DNA of 38,856 nt, taken from a bacterium (GTDB lineage Bacteria > Vulcanimicrobiota > Vulcanimicrobiia > Vulcanimicrobiales > Vulcanimicrobiaceae). Within the stretch, counting starts at the first letter, position 1, and each line of letters begins with the position of its first letter. The notes beneath the pieces were generated by a model. It was given only the letters and a program-made list of their open reading frames with translations, did no database searches and was not told the origin of the DNA. A program made the position numbers and the translations under genes. The stretch spans positions 1 through 38,856 of the forward strand of contig JAKAPO010000001.1 in assembly GCA_021807065.1 (NCBI GenBank), written 5' to 3'. This document shows, piece by piece, positions 25,437 through 32,869 of the stretch.

Positions 25437-26699
25437 CTGCAATTCATCGACGAAGCGACGATACAGGTTGCGGCCGGTAGCGGCGGCGACGGCATCGTCG
25501 CATGGCGGCGAGAGAAATTCATCCCGAAAGGCGGACCTGCGGGCGGCGATGGCGGCCATGGTGGGAGCGTCTACCTCCAAGCGAACCCCGAGATCTCGAC
25601 GCTGGCCGAGTTCCGTTACCATCGCAGCTTCGAGGCCGAGTCGGGGAAGAACGGAGGCTCCTCCAATAAGTCGGGTCGCAGCGGCGCCGACCTCACCGTG
25701 GGAGTCCCCGTCGGGACGCTCGTTCATCGCTCGTACGAGCGGAAAGCCGAGGTGCTGATCGCCGATCTCCTTGCTCCGGGCGAACGCGTCCTCGTGGCCA
25801 AAGGCGGCCGCGGGGGCCTCGGCAATCAGCACTTTGCGACCAGCATCCGTCAAGCGCCGCGCTTTGCCGAAAAAGGAGAGCCGGGCGAACGGTGCACCCT
25901 ACGGCTCGAGCTGAAGCTCCTCGCCGACTGCGGAATCGTCGGCGTCCCCAACGCCGGCAAGTCGACCCTGCTCTCCGTCGTCTCCGCAGCACGGCCGAAG
26001 ATCGCCGACTATGCCTTCACCACGACCGAACCACAGCTCGGCGTCGTGCGCGTATCGGACGAAGAGTCGTTCCTGCTCGTGGACGTCCCCGGTCTCATCG
26101 AAGGCGCGCATGCCGGTATGGGTTTGGGCGACCGCTTCTTGCGTCACGTCGAACGGACGCGCGTCCTGCTCCACCTACTGGACGGCGCCAAATCGTTCGA
26201 TGAAATCATCCGGGACAAAGCGATGATCGAAGCGGAGCTGCGCGCCTGGAACCCGTCGCTTCTCGACAAGCCGATGTTGCTCTGCGTTTCGAAGCTGGAT
26301 CTTCCGGGCGCACGCGAAATCCTGCGGCGGCTGCGCGCGACGTTTGAAGCCGTCCATGGAATAAGCGCGGTGACGCACGAGGGCGTTTCGGAGCTGGTGT
26401 ACGCCGTCGCACGTGCGATCGCCGCCACGCCTTCTCCGCCTCCGTTGCAACCGGAGGCTCGGATCGATCTCGTCGCCCGCGACGCGTTCTTTATCGAGCG
26501 CGCGCGCAACGGTACGTTCGTCGTCAGCGGTGAGCGCGTCGAACGCCTCGCGGCCATGACGAACTTCGATTCCGCCGAAGCGCTGGCGCGGTTCGAACGG
26601 GCGCTCGAACGCATCGGCGTGGAGCGACGTTTGCGCGAAATGGGCGCGACGCAAGGGGATACGGTGCGCATCGGCGCGTATGAGTTTACGTACTCGTGA
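25437..26699 (+). CDS. obg: GTPase Obg/CgtA
   Basis: QFIDEATIQVAAGSGGDGIVAWRREKF, GGDGGHGGSV, G1 GVPNAGKST, DVPGLIEGA, C-terminal OCT domain (FVVSGERVERL..GDTVRIGAYEFTY). The start is uncertain: CTG 25437 sits at the conserved N-terminus, and the nearest canonical codon upstream is TTG 25386. Confidence 0.9.
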   Translation: MQFIDEATIQVAAGSGGDGIVAWRREKFIPKGGPAGGDGGHGGSVYLQANPEISTLAEFRYHRSFEAESGKNGGSSNKSGRSGADLTVGVPVGTLVHRSYERKAEVLIADLLAPGERVLVAKGGRGGLGNQHFATSIRQAPRFAEKGEPGERCTLRLELKLLADCGIVGVPNAGKSTLLSVVSAARPKIADYAFTTTEPQLGVVRVSDEESFLLVDVPGLIEGAHAGMGLGDRFLRHVERTRVLLHLLDGAKSFDEIIRDKAMIEAELRAWNPSLLDKPMLLCVSKLDLPGAREILRRLRATFEAVHGISAVTHEGVSELVYAVARAIAATPSPPPLQPEARIDLVARDAFFIERARNGTFVVSGERVERLAAMTNFDSAEALARFERALERIGVERRLREMGATQGDTVRIGAYEFTYS

Positions 26700-27295
26700 G
26701 ACTGGGCATTTTCGGCGGAACCTTCGATCCGGTGCACAACGTGCATCTGTTCATCGCGCAAACCGTCGCCGAACTCGAAGATCTCGAGAAGATTCTCTTC
26801 GTTCCGACGGACGGGCATCACTATCGTGAGAAAGCGCACGCCCCTATCGAAGATCGCTGCGCCATGGTTCGCGCCGCTATATCTACCAACCCGCTCTTCG
26901 AATTCGACGACACCGAGCTGCGGCCGGATGCAAGCGGGTATACCGCCGATCTCCTTCCGGCGCTACGCGAGCGCCGGAACGATGCATCGTTCACCTTTAT
27001 CATCGGCGCCGATTCGTTGGTCAACTCCGATTGGATTCGATTCGATGAAGTGCTCGCGGCTCTTGACCGTTTCGTCATCGCACCACGCCCGGGGATAGCG
27101 CACGAAGCGGTGCAGCGAGCGATCGCGGCAATAGACGCGCCGTTGCGCGAACGCGTCCGAACGCTGAACCTTCCCGAGTTCGCGCTTTCCGCAACCCTCG
27201 TACGAGCGCTGCTGTCGCGCGGGCAGAGCGTACGTTATCTCGTTCCCGACCCGGTCTGGGAGTATATTGCGCAGCACGATCTTTACAAAGCGTAA
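26696..27295 (+). CDS. nadD: Nicotinate-nucleotide adenylyltransferase
   Basis: GIFGGTFDPVHNVHL motif. GTGA overlap with the obg stop. Confidence 0.9.
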   Translation: MRLGIFGGTFDPVHNVHLFIAQTVAELEDLEKILFVPTDGHHYREKAHAPIEDRCAMVRAAISTNPLFEFDDTELRPDASGYTADLLPALRERRNDASFTFIIGADSLVNSDWIRFDEVLAALDRFVIAPRPGIAHEAVQRAIAAIDAPLRERVRTLNLPEFALSATLVRALLSRGQSVRYLVPDPVWEYIAQHDLYKA

Positions 27296-27692
27296 CGCCG
27301 CAGGCATTTTCCTACTCGGCCTGCTCGGCCTCTGTGCGTGCTCACCGAAACCGGACGACGCGGTGCTCTGCTCGGCATACAAAGACGAAGCCTCGCACGT
27401 CGAGGTGATCGTCGACGGCTCCATCGCACGGATCCTAGGAACGCAAGAGGGTCGAAGCGGCGAACATGAAGGCTTTCTCTTGCGCCTCGCTTCAGGCTGC
27501 GCGCTTACCGTCCGGGTTGAGACGAACGTCAGCATTACGGGTTCCATTCCGCTGCGCGGTGGAGAGCGCGTCACCGTCAAGGGCGAGTACGAGTACTACC
27601 CGGAAGGCGGCGTCGTTCATTGGACGCACCGCGCTTTCGGCTCGCACCATGCCAGCGGCTACGTCGAGGCCGGCGACCGTCTCTACTGGTAA
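27267..27692 (+). CDS. DUF3465-like lipoprotein
   Basis: Signal peptide plus lipobox-like GLLGLCAC. C-terminal ..GERVTVKGEYEYYPEGGVVHWTHR..HHASGYVE resembles the DUF3465 family. Overlaps the nadD end by 29 nt. Confidence 0.65.
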   Translation: MRSTIFTKRNAAGIFLLGLLGLCACSPKPDDAVLCSAYKDEASHVEVIVDGSIARILGTQEGRSGEHEGFLLRLASGCALTVRVETNVSITGSIPLRGGERVTVKGEYEYYPEGGVVHWTHRAFGSHHASGYVEAGDRLYW

Positions 27693-27695
27693 CGC

Positions 27696-28286
27696 ATGGT
27701 GACCTTGCGCTCGGTCGTCCTGGCGAGCGCCTCGCCGCGCCGCCTAGAGCTGCTTCGCAGCCTCGGGTTGCACGTCGAGGTTGCGCCCAGCACCTACGGG
27801 GAGCCCGAAACGGCATCGCACTCCCCCGCCGAGCTCGCGCAACTGCACTCGCGTGCAAAGCTCGAGCAGGTTCGCCGAACCCGTTCGACCGCCGTGGTGG
27901 TCGCCGCCGACACCGTCGTCGACATCGACGGCCGGGCGCTCGGTAAACCGCGCGATTCGGATGAGGCAAAGCGGATGCTCCGCCTCCTCTCAGGGCGGGC
28001 GCATCTCGTCCATACGGCCTATGCCCTCGCCGTGCCGGAGAGGGCACCGGTCGAGGAGGTGCGCACGACCGTCGTGCGCTTCCGTGCGCTTCAGCCGGAG
28101 GATATCGCGGAATACGTCGCCACCGGTGAGTCAATGGACAAGGCCGGAGCATACGGCATCCAAGGGAGGGCGGCCGCGTTGATCGACTCGATCGACGGCG
28201 ATTACTTCACGGTGATGGGATTCCCGCTCGGCGATTTCATTCGAAACCTACGACGCTTGGGATTTTCACTGCCGACTGCGAAATAG
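27696..28286 (+). CDS. maf: Maf-like nucleoside triphosphate pyrophosphatase
   Basis: VLASASPRRLELL, VVAADTVV, KAGAYGIQG motifs. Confidence 0.9.
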   Translation: MVTLRSVVLASASPRRLELLRSLGLHVEVAPSTYGEPETASHSPAELAQLHSRAKLEQVRRTRSTAVVVAADTVVDIDGRALGKPRDSDEAKRMLRLLSGRAHLVHTAYALAVPERAPVEEVRTTVVRFRALQPEDIAEYVATGESMDKAGAYGIQGRAAALIDSIDGDYFTVMGFPLGDFIRNLRRLGFSLPTAK

Positions 28287-28302
28287 TAGCCCTGGGCCCA
28301 CA

Positions 28303-29103
28303 GTGTACCGAGACGAACGGAAACTCTTCGCGCTGCTCGGCGTGATTATCATCGCCGCGCTCCTTGCGCTCGTACAGATCAGCGCCGCGCGCAGCGGTCG
28401 CGAGGGCCCGATCATTTGGCTGGGCTCTTCGGTCGCAGTCTTCCTCGAAGACGTTGCCACCTCGCTCACGCGAGGCGTACGCGATACCGGCGGGAGCGTG
28501 CTTTCGGTGCCGCAACTCGGCCATGAAAATGCCGCCCTGCGAGCGCAAAACGAACAGCTCGCGGCCGACAACGCCCGCTTGCGCGAGGAGCTAGCGCAAT
28601 ACCGTGCAGCCGCGTCGATAGCGCCCGTTGCCGACCGCTATCCCGACGGCGTCGTCGCCCGTGTCATCGGCTTCCCGCCCGAGAACGAGTCGCGAACGGT
28701 CTCGATCGATCGCGGATCGGCGAGCGGCGTCAAGCCCAACGACGGCGTCGTGACCGGGGACGGCGTGGTGGGAAAAATCGCCGCCGTCACGCCGTTCTCG
28801 AGCCAGGTGGTTCTCATCACCGACTACACCAGCCGGATTCCCGCGATCGTTCGAGAGGGACGCTTTTGGGGAATCGCTCAAGGCAATCTCACGAGCGTTC
28901 GCCTGCGGTACGTCTCGCAGGATGCGCGCTTGCGGCCAGGCGACGTCGTCGTCACCGGTAATGGCCGTTCGTTCGCCTCCGGGATTCCGATCGGCACGAT
29001 CGTCAAGGTCGATCGTAGCGATGCGGCTCTCTACCAAACCGCACTTCTCCGTCCGGCGGTCGAGCTGGGCACGCTCGACCGCGTCGTCGTCCTCACGAGA
29101 TGA
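28303..29103 (+). CDS. mreC: Rod shape-determining protein MreC
   Basis: N-terminal TM helix, coiled coil (ENAALRAQNEQLAADNARLREELAQYR), then beta-rich domains (GDGVVGKIAAV.., VVTGNG..FASGIPIGTIV). Confidence 0.85.
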   Translation: MYRDERKLFALLGVIIIAALLALVQISAARSGREGPIIWLGSSVAVFLEDVATSLTRGVRDTGGSVLSVPQLGHENAALRAQNEQLAADNARLREELAQYRAAASIAPVADRYPDGVVARVIGFPPENESRTVSIDRGSASGVKPNDGVVTGDGVVGKIAAVTPFSSQVVLITDYTSRIPAIVREGRFWGIAQGNLTSVRLRYVSQDARLRPGDVVVTGNGRSFASGIPIGTIVKVDRSDAALYQTALLRPAVELGTLDRVVVLTR

Positions 29104-29651
29104 CCGCTCTCCCCCGGACGGGCACGCGTTCGACCCGCCATCGCGGTCCCTCCTTACGCCGCGCGATCATCTGGCTGTTGCCCGCGCTGCTCGCTCAAGG
29201 AACCGTCATGCATTACGCGATCGTCAATGGTGCCGAACCGAGTCTCGTGCTCGTCGCGGCGGTTTGGTTCGCAATGCGAACGGGCGACCCGGCGAAAGCT
29301 GCGCTCTTCGGATTCCTCGCCGGAGCGGGCGAAGACGTTCTTGCGTTCGACCCGGCCGGCACCTGGACGATCGCGACGACCGTCACCGTACTGCTGGCGT
29401 CGCTCCCGACGCGCCGCTTCTTCGAAGATTCGATTCCCCTTTTCGCCTTAGTGGCTGGGTGTGCCACATTGCTTCGATCGTTCGTCTATTGGAGTGCGAA
29501 AAGTCTCGAGGGATATCCGGCCGGTCTCGCGACGATTCACTTTCACAAGGCGCTCGAAGCATCCGTCTTGAACGCGGCGCTCGCCATCCTCGTCATGGCC
29601 GTCGCGCGACGCTTTGAACGCCGCGATGCTCTCGCGCGAATTCGTAGATGA
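29100..29651 (+). CDS. mreD: Rod shape-determining protein MreD
   Basis: Polytopic small membrane protein in the canonical position, with ATGA overlaps to mreC upstream and mrdA downstream. GFLAGAGEDVL resembles the MreD G..GL..D motif. Confidence 0.65.
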   Translation: MTALPRTGTRSTRHRGPSLRRAIIWLLPALLAQGTVMHYAIVNGAEPSLVLVAAVWFAMRTGDPAKAALFGFLAGAGEDVLAFDPAGTWTIATTVTVLLASLPTRRFFEDSIPLFALVAGCATLLRSFVYWSAKSLEGYPAGLATIHFHKALEASVLNAALAILVMAVARRFERRDALARIRR

Positions 29652-31507
29652 CGCCGCGAGGAGTTCCCGCGAGCGCGCGCGCCGGGTGGGAGAGACCGGC
29701 TTTTCGCATCGCCGTATTCGTGGCAGTCGTCCTACTAGCATTACTCCTCCTCGCAGGCCGGCTCGTCCAGATTCAGCTCATCGACGGCGCGCGTTACCGG
29801 GCGGCGGCGCAGGCGAATCAGATCAGGCTCATCCCCGTCGCCGCGCCGCGCGGCCTCATCTACGATCGTAATAACGTGGTGATCGCGCGCAGCCGGCCTT
29901 CGTTCGTGGTTGGAATCATTCCGTCGGAAATCCACGATATCTCAAAAGAACTCGCCACGGTCTCGAAAACGATCGGCGTCCCCGAAGAGGCCCTGCTGTA
30001 CAAACTCTACCATCATCACGGCATAAACTACACTTCATTCTCGCAGGTCGTGGCTAACGAACCTTACGGGCCGATCGTGTTGGCAACGGACCTGCCAGTC
30101 AGAACCGTTGCGCGCCTCTCCGAAATCCTGACCGATCTTCCCGGCTTCGATCTCGAAGTGCAACCGATTCGCGAATATCCCTATGGAGAAATCGGGTCAC
30201 ACATCCTCGGCTACGTCGGCGATATCACCGCGCAAGAGTACGCGCGGTTGCGAAGGTTCGGGTATTCGGAAAACGACGTCGTCGGCAAGGACGGTCTCGA
30301 AGCGGAGTACGATCGCTATCTGCGCGGTCAACCCGGTGGCGAACGCGTAGAAGTCGATGCAACCGGTGAAGTAGTGAAGAGCGCGCGCTTTCCCGACAAG
30401 CCGGCGGTGCCCGGCGACGCGTTGGTAACGGCGCTCGATTGGCGATTGCAGCGCATCGTCGAAGCAGCGCTCGCCCAGGGGTTGCGCAAGTGGTGCCGCA
30501 CATGTGGGTTGACGGGGGCAGTCGTTGCGGAGGATCCGTACAACGGTGAGATTCTCGCGCTTGCGAGTTTTCCAAACTTCAATCCGAATGCCTTCGCGAC
30601 GTATGACTACGCCAGCATCGAATCGTATCTGACTTCCGCACTCGAACCTCTCTTCGATCGCGCGATCGCTGCAGCAACGCCGACCGGTTCGACGTTCAAG
30701 ATGGTGACTGGCTCCGCGGCGCTGACGGAAGGCGTCATCGGCGAGAACCAGGTCGTCTACGATACGGGTGCGTGGGACTGCGGCGGATACCTCGCGCGAG
30801 ACATCGTCGCCGGCGGCCTTGGCTACACGACGTTCGTTCCAGCTCTGGCCGCTTCGAGCGACGGGTACTTCTTTCGTCTGTCGTGGTATCTCGGCAACGA
30901 ACGTCTGCGCAAGTGGGCGCTAGCGTTCGGCCTCGGGCATCGAACCGGTATCGATCTGCCTGGAGAAAGCTCCGGAAACTGGCCGACGAACGCGTGGATG
31001 GAGAAGAATTACGGCGTTCCGCTCGAACCCGCCGATGTTTGCAGTCTGGGAATAGGGCAGGGCGCCATGCAAGCGACGCCGCTGCAGATGGCCAACGTGG
31101 CGTCTGCGGTCATCAACGGCGGGACTCTGTATCGCCCCCACGTCGTGACCGAGATACGAACGGCGCAAGGCGTCGTGATCAAACGCTTTCCACCGCGAAT
31201 TATCAGGCGGGTTCCCGCGAGCCAGGCCGCACTGCGCGCGGTCCGCACGGGAATGGCGGAAGTTACCGATCCCGGCGGCACTGCATACGGTTTAGCGATC
31301 GCCGGCCTGCCATTCTCGGGGAAAACCGGAACCGTCGAAACAGACGGCGGTCACGGACCCAACACAACGTGGTTTATATGCTGGGCACCGACGCACCACC
31401 CGAAATTTGCGCTCGCCGTCTACGTCGATCGGAGTGGCGGTTACGGCGCAACGGTTGCGGCCCCGATTGCCCGGCAGATTCTCGTGAAGTATTTCAATAA
31501 GAAGTAG
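29648..31507 (+). CDS. mrdA: Penicillin-binding protein 2 (elongasome transpeptidase)
   Basis: N-terminal TM helix, PBP dimerisation domain (RLIPVAAPRGLIYDRNN), and transpeptidase motifs STFK, SSD (SxN-like) and KTGT. Confidence 0.9.
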   Translation: MTPRGVPASARAGWERPAFRIAVFVAVVLLALLLLAGRLVQIQLIDGARYRAAAQANQIRLIPVAAPRGLIYDRNNVVIARSRPSFVVGIIPSEIHDISKELATVSKTIGVPEEALLYKLYHHHGINYTSFSQVVANEPYGPIVLATDLPVRTVARLSEILTDLPGFDLEVQPIREYPYGEIGSHILGYVGDITAQEYARLRRFGYSENDVVGKDGLEAEYDRYLRGQPGGERVEVDATGEVVKSARFPDKPAVPGDALVTALDWRLQRIVEAALAQGLRKWCRTCGLTGAVVAEDPYNGEILALASFPNFNPNAFATYDYASIESYLTSALEPLFDRAIAAATPTGSTFKMVTGSAALTEGVIGENQVVYDTGAWDCGGYLARDIVAGGLGYTTFVPALAASSDGYFFRLSWYLGNERLRKWALAFGLGHRTGIDLPGESSGNWPTNAWMEKNYGVPLEPADVCSLGIGQGAMQATPLQMANVASAVINGGTLYRPHVVTEIRTAQGVVIKRFPPRIIRRVPASQAALRAVRTGMAEVTDPGGTAYGLAIAGLPFSGKTGTVETDGGHGPNTTWFICWAPTHHPKFALAVYVDRSGGYGATVAAPIARQILVKYFNKK

Positions 31508-31524
31508 AGGAACCTAAAACGCTC

Positions 31525-31830
31525 GTGCCTTTCATCGGATTCGCCGTCGTCGTCATACTCGCTCTCGCCGTCTACGGCGTATCCGCGCGGCGCCACCGCA
31601 ATGAGCAGCCGCAGTTGGTGGCACTGGACAGACCCCCGCTTCTCTGGACGAAGGAAGCCGCCGCTGACGCAGGCTCACCGAGAGAGCGTCTCGCCCTCGC
31701 TGCGCGCCTGGGGTTGGTCGGAGATGGTCGCAGCATCGCGATCCTCGAGCATGCGCTCGCGGACGAGACCGACGCTGAAGTCCGGGACGCGATCTGGCGC
31801 GCGCTCTTGACGTTACGAACGAACCGCTGA
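31525..31830 (+). CDS. Small membrane-anchored HEAT-like repeat protein
   Basis: GTG start 13 nt after GAGGAA. One N-terminal TM helix (FIGFAVVVILALAVYGV), then LALAARLGLVGDGRSIAILEHALADETDAEVRDAIWRAL, which matches the HEAT/PBS-lyase repeat pattern. Paralogue of 32400..32843. Confidence 0.5.
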   Translation: MPFIGFAVVVILALAVYGVSARRHRNEQPQLVALDRPPLLWTKEAAADAGSPRERLALAARLGLVGDGRSIAILEHALADETDAEVRDAIWRALLTLRTNR

Positions 31831-32403
31831 AGCCAAACCTGCAGCGGCCCGCAGCGCGTCGAGCACGCTGCGCAGCGCCCGATCGAGTTGCACGTCCGAT
31901 GCGCCCGTCACCCACTGCAAGAACTTGCGTGGCGGCAGTTCCGCAAACGCCGTCAAACGCCGTAGCAGCAGCGCTCTGTACGGAGCGAGCACCTCGGTCG
32001 CGGTGCCGCCGTAGGAAATCATCGTTCCCAAGAGTTCTGCGGAGAGCAGCCACGGGAGTACCGAGCCGAGCGGCGCGACCGATAGCTCGGCGAGCAATGC
32101 GGTTACACGGTCGGAATCGGCGACGCCGTCGATACGGATTGCACCGTCTTGCACCGGCGCAAGCGTTGGCACGCCTTGGGCGATAGCGACCGTGCGCGCG
32201 CGTTCCTCGAACGATTCGAGATCCTCGCCTTCAATTTCGCGTGGATTCCTTACGAACAGGCGCTCGACCCGCGCTCGCATCGGCTCCGCCGGTGCACTGA
32301 AGGCGCACAGCGAGAGCAGGTGTACGATCGGTGTCGTCCACAGCGCGCCTTCGATGAGACGCACGTCGTGCAGCAGCGGCCGCGCGCCGACGTCCCGCGT
32401 CAT
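31813..32403 (-). CDS. Hypothetical protein, paralogue of the C-terminal domain of the DUF11 giant protein
   Basis: 196 aa. ATGA overlap with the upstream gene. Aligns by eye with the last ~180 aa of the 32870..36085 product (for example YRALLLRRLTAFAELPPRKFLQWV versus YRALLVDRLDTFAECDPSQFVEAL). Confidence 0.6.
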   Translation of the reverse strand: MTRDVGARPLLHDVRLIEGALWTTPIVHLLSLCAFSAPAEPMRARVERLFVRNPREIEGEDLESFEERARTVAIAQGVPTLAPVQDGAIRIDGVADSDRVTALLAELSVAPLGSVLPWLLSAELLGTMISYGGTATEVLAPYRALLLRRLTAFAELPPRKFLQWVTGASDVQLDRALRSVLDALRAAAGLASAVRS

Positions 32404-32843
32404 CGCGCTGCGGCGACTGCTTCCCTCGATTCCTCGGGTCTGATCATCAGCGTAAGCGTACCAACGATGCGCTTAGCACGATCGCCAGGATGCTGGGCGA
32501 GGAAACGCTCGACGATCGGCGCGCGCCCAGAACCGGCAAGCGCGTGCGCCGCCGCAAGTGCAACCGTTTCGTTCGGATCGCGTAGGGCGAACTCGAGCAT
32601 GTGCGTCGAGCGTTCGTCCTGCAGCGCAGCAACGGCGAAAATTAAGTCGCACCGTGCCGATTCGGAGAGGCCGGCGAACTCCTGGCCGGCTTCGTTTGTC
32701 CAATCGGTCGTTGCCTGCAACGGTTCGCGATCCACGCTATCGAGTAACGTCGGCTCTTCGGCGGAGCGCCGCGGTGCGACGACGGCATAGATGGCGAGCA
32801 AGATGCCGAGTACGAACAAAACGGCTATGGCGATGGTAATCAT
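32400..32843 (-). CDS. Small membrane-anchored HEAT-like repeat protein
   Basis: Start proposed at ATG 32843 (MITIAIAVLFVLGILLAIYAVV, a TM helix), preceded by GGGGGA. ..CDLIFAVAALQDERSTHMLEFALRDPNETVALAAAHAL.. is HEAT-like. The upstream Arg-rich part of the track ORF is rejected. Confidence 0.55.
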   Translation of the reverse strand: MITIAIAVLFVLGILLAIYAVVAPRRSAEEPTLLDSVDREPLQATTDWTNEAGQEFAGLSESARCDLIFAVAALQDERSTHMLEFALRDPNETVALAAAHALAGSGRAPIVERFLAQHPGDRAKRIVGTLTLMIRPEESREAVAAAR

Positions 32844-32869
32844 AGAGCAGTAGTTCCCCCGGGTTCTTC

